From positions 43,127,626 to 43,191,625 of the forward strand of contig CM074516.1 in assembly GCA_037379345.1 (NCBI GenBank): a DNA stretch of 64,000 nt, in the 5' to 3' direction. Source of the stretch: Perna viridis (lineage: Eukaryota). Below are positions 38,101 to 50,500 of the stretch, piece after piece. The translations under genes were made by a program, and so were the position numbers. Each line of letters starts with the position of its first letter. Position 1 is the first letter of the stretch. The notes beneath the pieces are model-generated. The model did not search any database. It was not told the DNA's origin and saw only the letters and a list, made by a program, of their open reading frames with translations.

Positions 38101-40179
38101 CTATTCATATATTTTGCTTTTGGAAAAAAAATGTAGACCTTCTCGTATATCTTGTCAAAAAAAAAGACTTAGTCCAATAGATATAAGAGTATAGATATAA
38201 GATATTGAAACACTAGGATATGCTAACAATATCCATCATGCATTCATTCTACAAATACAAAAAAAAAATAGGACAGTGATGTTTTTGACAATCCATATAA
38301 TTCGTAATGTAAATTCTATTAATTTATCGTACAATTGTGTTCGTTTTCCCCCTCCTATTCACATATTTGCAAACTGAAAAAATGGCACCTATTCCAGTGG
38401 CGCGCCCCGTCACCATATACATAGGAAGCCCCCCCCCCTCCCCCCCCGCCCCGATTATTAAAATTGTGTTCATTTGCATTAGTGTCATCATATACTTATT
38501 AATTATAGGTCTATTGTGTTATCTTAATTCGGCCTATTCCTTTCATCTTTTTTTTTCTTTAATCATTGCTAAGTATAATGATTTCTATCTGAAATTCTAG
38601 AGTACTACCCAATATTGTTGGCAATTTCTCTAACAAATGCAATGGACTCCGGTTTCATCTCAGCTATATGGTAGAAAATTCAACGGTCATTACTGGTATA
38701 TATATATATATGAATAATGTGGGCGCCCCGGTGCGTGTACACACGACGTAATTGTCTTTTAATGTGTGCGTTAAATGTTATGATCTAGATATCGGTGAAA
38801 TAGATCTTGCAAAAGTGATATACCAACTAGTACACCCATTTAGTTTTTATTAATGGTAGTTGGTGGTAGGGAAAAAGTCACAAGGTCTTTAAAAAAGACT
38901 GAATCTCTTGAATACAAACTTAAGTCATAAGCATCGTATTTTTGTAGTACTTTTGGTTAATTTTATAGCTCTGTTCAAACGAATTGCGTTATAATAAACA
39001 TTGAAGAGGAATAAGTGAAAATTGTAATTCCACAAAATGGAATCTAAGAATACCAAGTATACATCTTTTGAGTAGAAGTATAAATAGACACACAAGGAAT
39101 GTTTAGGCCAAAATTCCGTTCACTATTTGTGTAAAGATGGAATATGAAAAAGGGTGTTTATTCTACGCCGCCTTTGGGACATGCCTTTTATTTTGAATGG
39201 ATGGATCATAAAAACATTTCAAGTAGTACTTTAAACATTCTGTCAAACAGTATAGTTATATTCTCCAGTTACTTCTTTTACTCTGACTAAGTGCAAAGCA
39301 GTAATTAAAAATGGTAACAAAAAAATGATCTGTCTACATTGTACTTCAATATTGTTAATTTTCCACTTGTCTGTGATAACCGTGCACATTTGCAACCAAT
39401 GTTTCTATCTTACTGTTTGCCATATTGTTAAATACTTGTTTATATATTGCTCTTGTAGCACGTAATTGTGCCCGAGTTGACAAAATAAACTTGTCTTGCC
39501 TTTCTTTTCTGTTTTTGTTTTTTGTTTTGTTTTTCTGGAGTTTGGATTTTTTTATAGCATATAACCAAGGAGTCAAATATATTGCTATATATAAATCATT
39601 GATATAACTGTGAACCTGCGAGTTCACATTTCAATTTGAAATAAATTCAAGAGGAACACAGTTTTCCAATATTTTTAGTTGAAACCTAGCCTCAAGGCGA
39701 AGGGTGAGGCAATTTTTTGTTCAATTGGAATATCATTTGAAAACAGATATACTGACTCCGTCGGGCCAGTGTGTTGCCTATTAAAAACAAATAAAACTAA
39801 TAATAAACAAAACAAAATAACACCTCCGCAAAAAAAAAAAAAAAAAAAACAAAAACAAAACAAAACAAAAGACAAAATACAATCATTTTGGGATGTGGGA
39901 TCGTTTTCAAGAATCAAGTATGTTTATGACATATTATCTTCAGCCTTTCTTTAACTTGTTATTATGGAATACATATGGAATAGCGATATTTATACGAAAT
40001 TGAATAAAAAATCATAGGTCACTTCAAATTCTATTATGATAAATGTATTTTCAGATAAATAAATGTAATTTTTATCCGCATAAGCAGTTTGTGTTGGGCC
40101 TTGTTGAATATTTCTTACAAAAGTATATATAAATCCATACAAACAAAGCTACATAATATGATAATTAAAAAATTGTCTA

Positions 40180-41500
40180 TACAGCTGACCAGGCTTTTTT
40201 CTGAAGTGAAGTAGGGACAACAAAAATACTGCGAAACTGTTAACTCGCGTAGTGGTAATAATCACGTGCATGCGGTTCTCAAAACTCTAAAGGTCTTATA
40301 GATAATCTTAAATCTCGCTCCTTCGCTGCAGTTGATTCAATTATCACCATTACATACTCCCTACACCACGATAAATTGAAAACCCGTCTAAACGAAATCA
40401 TTTACGAAGCATTTTACTTGCAACGATGAGTAATTCTTACAAATTTATTGTTTAAGGCTACAATTATACATAAAATACCACGAGAGAACAAAAACACAGG
40501 AAGATGCTTTACTGAGCAACAGCTAGGTGATCAGTATATGCTAGATTTTCTCCTTGGAAACATATTTGTCACTTTTGGGGGACACTTTTTAAAAAATTTA
40601 TCAGCATTCCAATAGGACATAATTGTGCCCGTCTTCTAACCAATATGTTTCTTTATTCATATGAATCAGAGTTTCTTCAACATCCTGTGAAAGACAACAA
40701 GGTTAAAGAAGTTAGATCCCTTGATTTTACATCGATTTATTGACAATATTCTCGCAATTAATAATCCTAAATTTGGAGAATGGTTTCAATTTATTTGTCC
40801 ACCAGAACTAGAAATGTAAGAGACAGTTTCCTCCGCGTCATTTTTAGACAGTCACTTCGAATTTGACAACAGTAGTCATCTTAGTACAGAAACATACGGC
40901 AAACGAGACGATTTTGAATAACATTATAATTCCCTTGGCTTTCTTGTGCATAATATATCCAGCCTTTTTGATCAAGGTCTCATACGCTGAGAAACAGGCT
41001 TTTGGATCAAGGTTATGAACACATTTGTTTCATATGCTGCACAAAAAAGTTTTATTTCCGGTATCCAGATCTTATTGAGAAATTTTCTGTCTCTGACACA
41101 CAGATAATATAGATGATAGATTTTTATAATATCTACAAATTTATTTTCCGTTCATTTTACTTGTATCTTATTTTCATCCTAAACTTGATGCGCTTCGTCA
41201 CTAAGTTCAAGCCTTATTTTGAAGTTGGTGTCTTTGTTTTACAAGTATTTAATTGTATTTAGATCCTTTTATCTTCACTTTCAATTGTTCATATTTTCTG
41301 TACCGTTTTGACTTCTGATTTTACCCATTCATACTGTATACTGGAAATACTTAATCGTAATAAAAGTGGAAGGTTTAGCGAGCTATAAAACCTGGTTTAA
41401 TCCACCACTTTTTATTGGAAATGCCTGTACTAAGTCGGGACAAATGTTAATTTGTTATACTAACTTTACTTTTTGACTATTCCTTTTGAATATTGCCATG
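40180..41500 (+). mobile_element. Decayed Penelope-like retroelement, second subfamily
   Basis: Broken RT frames TLYTTI..KLKTRL, FLLGNIFVTFG, IPIGHNCA.LL.NMFLYSYESEF, FIDNILAINNPKF, SASFLD, YGKRDDF; tail carries the twister-like motif. Confidence 0.85.
41366..41440 (+). ncRNA. Type-P5 twister-ribozyme-like motif (catalytic G apparently lost)
   Basis: GGA-AGGU ... UAA-UCC-ACC ... G-CCUG-UACU-AA-GU-CGGG; P2, P4, T1 and T2 pairings can all be drawn. Confidence 0.6.
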
Positions 41501-41559
41501 AGTTTATCAATTCAGTTTATAACGGAGATATTTAAACAGGTTTGGGGGATCATAATGTA

Positions 41560-43000
41560 TCTCCACTCAAAATAACTTATTTAGCAATTATAGACCAATC
41601 TCAATACTGCCAATTTTTAGTAAGATTCTCGAACACATGTTTTCAATATTTTTTACAAATATCTAGCCTCAAATAAATTAACAACTTGTTGTCAATCTGG
41701 CTTTAGATTAAAACATTCTTGCGAGACAGCATTAGATAGCCTTGTTGATCCTGGCTGAAACATATATATGATGGTAAATGAACGGATGTATTATTTATTG
41801 ACCTTAGCAAGGCCTTTGACACTGTGCATCATAATGTATCATTATATCAGTTGAAATATCTTGGTATTTGTGTTAATTCACTTTTTATATGGTTTATATC
41901 ATATCTTAGTGATAGGCAACAATGTGTTGCTTGGAATGGATACTTGTTACAGCTCGAAAATATAACTATAGGTGTCCCACAAGGTTCTATACTTGGACCG
42001 TTACTTTTTTTACATCATACTAAGTGATTATCCAAAACGTATAAAATATTCACATGCTACAATCTATGCAGGTGATACAACCCATGATAAATCAATTGAT
42101 ACCATTGAATACAAATTAATAGCAAATTGGAAATTAATCGACAATGAATTAAAAAAAACACAATGTTAATTGGAACAAAGCAAAGGTTGTCGAAATGTAG
42201 AAAAATATGTATTGAAATTAATGATGTTATTCTTGAAACTGTTGATGTATCAAAACTCTTAGGAATAAATATAGATTGTTCTTTGACATGGCCTTATCAA
42301 ACAGATGTTTTAACTAAGAAGATATTGAAAAAAAAAAAAAAAAAATTGGGTATGTGTTACATAGATCAAAAAGTCTTGTCTAGCAATGCTTTACTATGGT
42401 TGATAACTGTGCAATTTTTTCTCATTTTAATTACTGTTGTTCTATTTGGTCTGGTGCAAAATGATAAGATTTTTAAACTTCAAAAAAGAGCAGCATGGAT
42501 AATTTTAAATGAGCATCATGAAATAACTCCATTTATTGTACTTTCTTACAAACTTAAATGGATGGCTGTGCCTGATTATTTTGTATACAGAAAGGCAATT
42601 TTGGTCCTAAAACTGTTGGATCCACAGAACATTTATATGTATTCACCAAGTTAGTGTGAGATCCACCAGACAGAGCAATCAAAATTAATTATAAGTTCCA
42701 AAATATATAAAAAATATAAAACAGAATGTTATAAGCGCTCTTTCATTATATCTGATAGCTATCTATGGAATGTGCCGAGCAACGATTTAAAAAATTGTAC
42801 ATAGGTGGAATCCATTAAAAAGTCATATTTAGAACATTACTTTGGTTAATTAAAATGTATATATCACCTGTATCATTTTTTAATTAGTATTATCATGTAA
42901 TTTTAACAATTTTATAATTTAGGTTGTAAATATATATATATTGCAGGACCATATCATAAACTAGTTAGGTAACTAAATATGTCATACTGCTTAAAAAATA
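41560..43000 (+). mobile_element. Decayed CR1/L2-clade LINE (RT and 3' end)
   Basis: NYRPISILPIFSKILE, QSGFRLKHSCETAL, FIDLSKAFDTVHH, GVPQGSILGPLLF, YAGDTT, KLLGINID..LTW, LQKRAAWIIL, with frameshifts and stops. Confidence 0.92.
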
Positions 43001-44448
43001 AACATCATTTTTAGATAACTCCTTGTTCCTAAGGTTTCCAAATTTCAGACATAATTAACAGCATTGTAAAAATATCTTTAAATATATTGCAGTACTATTT
43101 ATGAAAAAAAATTATTTCATTTCATTAACACTGTAAAAACTGTTGTAAAACTTTTGGTTTGAAATGATTATATTCTAAAATAAATGTTTTATAAGCTTTT
43201 CCAAGTTTTTCACTATTTTGGAAAAATTTTGCCATTTTTCACCCAAAAAATCCATGTTCCCACTAAGATATATTGGTAGACTTTTAGTATGTTACAAAGG
43301 AAGCCTATTAGAATTGAAAAATACCAAAAATAATTCTGTTGCAATTTGTTTAGGTTGGCCACATTTTTCATCTATTTTGACAAGACTATATGACTGACCT
43401 TCTAAATATAAAAAAGGAAATGATCATTTATTAGTTCTGCATTATAATTCACAAAATCTTACCAGTAATGGTCAATATTAAAAGTAACTTTCAGAAATAA
43501 TTTTTTTTTGGGCAATATTTGACCTGCTTGCAAAACCAAAGCTTGGTTATTATTTTTCTCTTGTTCACATCAGCAAAATGACATGGTAGCACCCTCCACC
43601 ATGACATGAAGCCATTTTGGTTAAAGACAGAACAGGCAATACACAGATAAAGACAAAGAGTGTAGAAAAGACCAAATTTTATTATTCTTTGTTCAACATA
43701 TTCTACATTGATCATATGTAGAAAAATATTTATAGTAAGTAATAGATATTAAAACAAAGTTAACAGTAACAAAAAAGTAAAATGATGGACGGAAAAAAAC
43801 TTCTTAATACATGCTAGTACATACTGAAATTTTGTCTGCAGCATAAAAAAATTAAAGGAATGAATTAAGATAGATTTATAACAATACATAACCAATTACA
43901 AAGTGTAAAATATAAATTAGGCCTAAAATAGGGAAATAAAATTTTATCATTTTTGTTTCGACCTTGAATTTTACAATCAAATTAAATATAAAAAAACCGT
44001 TTAACAAATAATGTATTTTATTTTTTTTTTAAAAAGTTAGTTATTCAAAATTTAGAAATAAAATGAATGCCCTGCATATATAGGAGAAATTGAGTTAAGT
44101 TCAGAAATACAGATTTAGTGGACAATAAATAAGATAAAAATAACAAACAATAAATAACTGATATCACAGCAGTTCCAAGTTTAAGGCAAAGAACAAAAAA
44201 TGTTCTAAAAAAAGTTAAATATATATGCCATGTCAAAACTAATGGCTTTTCTTTTTCATTAAAAAAAAAAATAATAATAATTCTTGTAAAATACATTGTG
44301 CTTTTTAAAGCTGTATATGTTTTTCAATACCCGGTACAAGTTTCTTCACATTAGTAACAACCTTGTTTAACTAAAAAGAGAAAAAGTTTCTTATTGGTCA
44401 ATCTGTATTCTACCAATAGCTATTTATCCCAAGCACTGTTCAATAAAG

Positions 44449-44570
44449 TTAGTAATTAAGAGCACACAACATAGCAACACCACGTTTGATCCAATGTTTC
44501 TGTTCCCTTTCTGTTGGAAGTTCCACAGAGAAAACAAAGTTGGTTGAGTGGCCAGTAGTTGACAAGGTAC
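44449..44570 (-). CDS. DNAH1: DNAH1 terminal exon
   Basis: [40 protein letters not shown]. Confidence 0.95.
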
Positions 44571-47500
44571 CTGAAATTAAAAACAAAGAAAAAAATCAAG
44601 GAGTGGCTAAAACACAGTTATCATCCTTGTCAAATTGGGGAGTACATTCCCGGATAAACCAGCACATAATGAGAAAGATCTTGTAGTCACCTACAATTTT
44701 CTTACTGTATCTAGTACATATACAACAAAAGTTTTAGTAATCCTGCAATTGTGGTCTTCTTCCACACCTACAATGTGCAAATATTCAAACATGAAAAGCT
44801 TTCAGTTTAATAGGGGAGCCATCCCATATAAAATAAACATCAAGAGCTGCAGACACTGGTATTAACAGTTTGTAACAAGTGTGCATGTTTCAAACTGTTA
44901 ACACCAATCTTATAAATTTTGTTGAAATCATCAATAACTTAATTGAAAATAATTGTTGTGAAATACTACTAACTTATTAAGAAATGACTTTATCAAAAAG
45001 CTATATCCTCCAAAAATTTATCAATGCTAGCTAAAACTAGCTAAGGTGCAATAGGGTTATTCAAATTTCTACTTGCATGTAAAACATATATAGTATACAA
45101 AAACATATTTGTGTAAGGTATATAAACTTTGTCACCTGGGCTTATTCAGAAGTGCTGTTTACTTAAATCTCCTCAGATAAAGAGTTTAATTGAAGGACTG
45201 CTAACAACTAAGTTTAATGTTTCCAAGAAACCTATAGTCTGTATCTTGGTATAAAGGAAGCATTTGAGATTTTTCTTCCCTACAACTGTGCATAGTTTAT
45301 GCCGACAAATGGTTCCTTTGCTTTACAATGAAAAATAAATCTAGTTTTTTATGTCTAGTCCTTAACATAACTACCATTAATCAAAAATGGGTTAAAGACA
45401 GAAATGGTGAGATTGCCGTAAAGTCGGTAAACATGAAGTAGAAGAGCAGACAGATCTGAAATTGCATCCAAGGATATGGGACCCCATACTGAAGTTGCGA
45501 ACCAAAAATCTATTGGATGTGATTTGTAGTTGCTGACAAAAATGCTACAAAAATATTTTCCCTGCGTGCTTGCCCACCCAACTGACATTCACCAATCTAT
45601 TAGCCGATTTGCTGTGTAACTCAGCCAAATATGATTTCACAGTCCAGCATTATCTTGGTCACTTTGTCATCAATCATCTTTCTTTTTATATGAGATACCA
45701 ATTCCAAACTTGAAATTAACTGCTCATAGACTAAGGGTTCTAACTTAATTTCAAAATAGGAAAGTCTCAAATTGCTGGTTCACTATAGGACAACTAGAAG
45801 TCCTAAATAAAGTGTCAATTAAAAAGGTTGAAGATTGAGGACCCAGGAAAATGATTTTTTTTTTCACATCAGGAACTGATGATCATCGACCATGGACCCA
45901 CACTAAACTAAACATCTGCTGAGGTATATTAGAGCTCTGAATGATGATTAAAGAACATTGAAATACCTTACTTTAGATTCAAAAACATGGTTTCAACAGC
46001 TAAGTTAGGGATTGACGTTTTTTTCTGAATTTGTTCAAGTTGTTCTAAAGTGTCAGTTAAAAATAAATTCATTTTCAGTTGAAAAATCTCATACTAAGAA
46101 CTTTTGTTTGGAGAATTCCATAATAAAAATGGTAGCACTTTTAAATATTAGACTGTTTATAATCTGCCAGTAGGAACAGATTATCAATAAAACATGTGCC
46201 ACCAAGCTATACTAACTAATGTTACAATCAATATACATGTAGATAAATATCGAATGGATTTCTGTATTTATCAATATAAAACATGTATAGTGTCAAATTT
46301 GTTGGCTATTTTTCTTTGCATGGGAACTTGCTTCCTAACATAGGCTAAATACAGTTTCTTAAATCATTCAACAATAAGTGCTCAAGTACATGTACATAGT
46401 ATGAATTTATTAATTCACTGGGAGTGCAATGTAAAACTTGAAAATTTATGTATCTTCCTAAGTAGTAAATAATCTTTCCAATTTTTAGCGGGTGACATTT
46501 GTTATACATGTACTATGGACCAACTTCACCATCAGAAAGTATAAGGAACAACAAAACAAAACATGACAAAGAAACCTCATTTAAATATTCTAAATTACAG
46601 TTGACAAATTTGTGCCACAGAATTTTAAGAAAAGAGCTTACCAGAAAACCTACAGAACATAACCGTAAAATAACAGTAAAACTTTTGAAAACTAAACCCT
46701 GAAATTTCAACCTCAAACCCATTTCATACATAATGAAACTTATTTGAGGGTTACCTTATTCCACAACATTTCAATAAACACTTAGTCCTATTTTCTCCCT
46801 ATCAATATCAAATAGTTTAAAACACCAAAGTCTACTGCATAATGCTTGTTAAAGAAAATCTTATTTCATGAACACAAACCTGCTCTCGTAAGTGTCTTGT
46901 ATACTGGACATTCATAAATTCCTTTGGTAGGAGGCTTCCTGTTGGACTCGGGCTGAAGCCAGATAACAGGCATCTCAGTATACAATTCCTTTGGTCTTGA
47001 CTCGCCTAACATGTGACGGGCAAAGTCCCAGCGGCAACCTTCAGCAAACAAACCATAGATAAAACAACCGTCTTCGGGACTTTCCTTCAGCTCATCTTTG
47101 GATTCCCTCTGGACCTAAAATTACAAAAAAAAAATATTATATACAATTAAACGACAAATATACCAGATATACTTAATTCAGCACAAATAAAAATAAGAAT
47201 GTTTTCTTTTAAAAATCATACTAAAGAGAAAAAAAATAGGCATAAATTAATTTTATATTTGTTTGCCCTTGCCTACCTAGCCCTCCCCCCAAAATTTATG
47301 TTTTAAGATATTACATTGTTTCAAATCCAAATTTTGGGTTATGAATGATAACATAAAATTATTTATCTACCAACACTGAATAGTTTGTGCCATTTAAGGG
47401 AAAACAAACATTATTTTAATTCAAACCTAATCACAAAACTATTATAAACAAGTAATCAAAAACAAAATAACAAGGCTTACACAAATATTGTACACAGCAT

Positions 47501-50500
47501 TTCTTAAATAATACTAACTAAAATTCCCCAAACAAATTTCAGATTAAAAAGTTTTAAACCATTTCACCAAGAAGGAAGTCAGACCTATAAAGCCTAGTAA
47601 GCAGTATACAAATGCTGAGCTTGCAAATATCATAATGGTTTGAATAGCTATACATAAAAATAATTATGCATTCGCTTCAGATTTTATCTGTTGTGCGAAA
47701 ATTTAAAAAAGATCTAAACTTAAATTAATTGTTAAATGGGAATATTAACATTATAAAAATATATGAAAATTGATCTAAGTGTGTAACAGATTGTCCTATT
47801 GTGAAGGACAAAGCAAATTATCTGAATAAAACTTTTCTGAATCAATTTGTCCAGTGAAACTAAGCAACAGGATGAAGGTAACTCCTGTTGGGCCTACTTC
47901 TCATCCTTGACAATAACAGAGGATATAATTCATGACCTAATGCTTAAGCTTTGTTCATTATAATCATGAAAATAGAAATAATAAGGACAGCAGCTGTGAG
48001 ACTGTCAAAGTTATTGGTGGTGTGACATTTGTTTATTCCTGTCTCCTGTGGTTGATAGGTGGAGACTACTGTGATTAATAGTTCAATCAATAAAACAATC
48101 ATTTTTCACGCCAGAGTCAATGGAAATAAATCGGGCCAAGCAAAGATCATCTTAATAAAAAAAAAGTTATAAGGGTTTTGCTTTTAAAAGTTTAAATCTA
48201 TTTAAAAACTGTTCATTTAAGAACTGATCATTTTCTAATCAGTTTGATAGACTTTATTTTATCAAAGGATATATATATGAAAATAAAACTGAACTTAAAA
48301 CAAGTCAGTGAGTAAATCTCTGAGCACTAAGGAAACTCTAATTTGAAAATCAAACTGTTATAATAGAAGAGATGGTGATCCTTTCTGGATCACAACATAC
48401 AATCATGGATATGAAAAAAAACCTTATTCACAACAACCTTCCTTTAATGGGATAAAATGATGTTTGAGCTACCACAGTACTTTGCTTCAATGAAAAGAAC
48501 TACTAAAAACCATGTGTCAAAAGGTATGCAAGAAGTTTGGCAGACAGACAGACTGATTGATAATTGAAGTGGTAAAGCCTAAATGAATACAATAATTTCT
48601 TTTCATCCCTTTAAAAAGATAACTCCAAAGTACATGTAAAGATTTAAGATGTGATTTGAAGTCAATATAGCCCAAGGAATCTGTTCTAATGTATTTTTAA
48701 AGAATACATAACATTGACAAATAAAAGTATTGAAATATATCACATCATGATATCTACTTTCAAATTATAGTTTCGTACATTTACCTTAAATGAATCTTAG
48801 TATAGTTACTTTTAATGACTGGTGAAAAGTGTGCTAAATGGAATGTGTTTCAATTCAATCTGAGTATAAATGCATAGTTTTCATGGATACCTATATACAT
48901 GTGGTAGCTAGGAACAACAGCTCAATCCATATCTTCTGAAACAGGTCTCATCAAATCTACATCCCCCCTTTTGTTTAATGTAGTATGTAAAATGCAAACC
49001 AACAGATTTTTCCTTAACAAATTCTAATTTTTGGTAGGAAAGAAACAAGTGACACAATTTCCAGATGATATTATGTAATAGTTGCAGATTTGTTTTGAAC
49101 AGCTGTATTGAATCATAACTTCTCCTTTCCTAACCACAAATCCTACAAAACTTAATAACATTCTATGGGAAAGTCACTGAATAATTCACCTAAAATAATT
49201 TAGAAGAATTATATGTTGTATAATCAACTAAAAAGTGATCATGTTTACTTATACATTAAATGCAGTTCATGATTAAACTATCAACAAATTTAACTTTCCA
49301 CAAACAACTGGCTCAAATATCAAATAATACTGTTATCTATTAAAATAATTGATTCTGTATCAGGGTGGAATCAAAATTAAAGTTTTCCCATGTTGACGGA
49401 CATCAGATTAAGACAACATATCCTGCTCTAGGCTACATGTAATTATACTTTAAAATGTCAAAACTGGGACTGATACCTAATTAAACTTTCAACTATAAAT
49501 CTTTAATACATTAACAGTACGCATTTCAAATAATATTGATAATTTCTTTGTTCAAATTAACTACAGAACTTAAGTTATTACAAGCCTTAAAAGAATAAAA
49601 TCAGAATCTCTTAAACAGTAATGCAATAATGAATTGATGCCAATCTAAGAAAATGTACAGTACATTTGTAATATGTTATCTGTATATATGAGGCTTTTCA
49701 AGAAAACTGAACATCAACCCTACAGAGAACTTATCCAAGTTGTTGGACTTTTATTTAGCACTTTACAATAACTTATAATGGAAACATTGTAAAACTGCTT
49801 TGGACTTTACTGTGAAGCTATAGTAGTATAAATTTGAATGTTATTCTAGTACAGAAAAGCAATGCTGAACCTGAAGCAAATGGGTCTTAGATATGTAAAG
49901 GGATTATCTTTCTGATCCAAAGCTTGACCCATAAAAAAGGTAGACAACTCATTAGTAATAATTCATGTTATGACCAATATCTTTTCTATGAGGAAGAAGT
50001 AAAATGCTAATTTCATTGTACATCATTATAAAAAGGTAACATTCAATTCTTCTTTTTTTTCATTACCAGGAAGCTATAGTTACCTATTTAGTGTCAGTTT
50101 TTGTATCAAATCAATATGTTTTCAGTTAAGTAACATATGATCTATCAATATATGATTTACATTTTTCAAAATTTGTAGAAAAATCATGCTGAACAAAGAA
50201 CCTTAATTTCAAGGTTTATGCTCACACACTTATAAACAAGTTATAACAATGATAACCTGATACCAAACAAGCAGGATAACAAGGCATGACCTAATATAAA
50301 TGCATTATGTACACAATTGCTTATGAATGCAAGTGAGCAGGATTAAAATCTTGAAAATGTGCCATTTTTGTTGTTGTTATAAATTTCAATGGCCCCTACT
50401 TCTTTACATATTCCTCAATATGCATCTTATAACAGAAGTTCTACATAAAAATATGATATCACAAGTATTGTATCTGATTTAGAAAGAGCTAATATATTCT

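Noticed and set aside
38337-38733. 87-aa membrane-protein ORF
   Set aside because: The Pro run comes from a C-homopolymer and the hydrophobic stretch from T-rich DNA within a probable degenerate MITE (weak inverted ends at 38395 and 38733, no TSD).
48785-48795. Another DNAH1 microexon
   Set aside because: 11 nt (frameshifting) with a poor acceptor.
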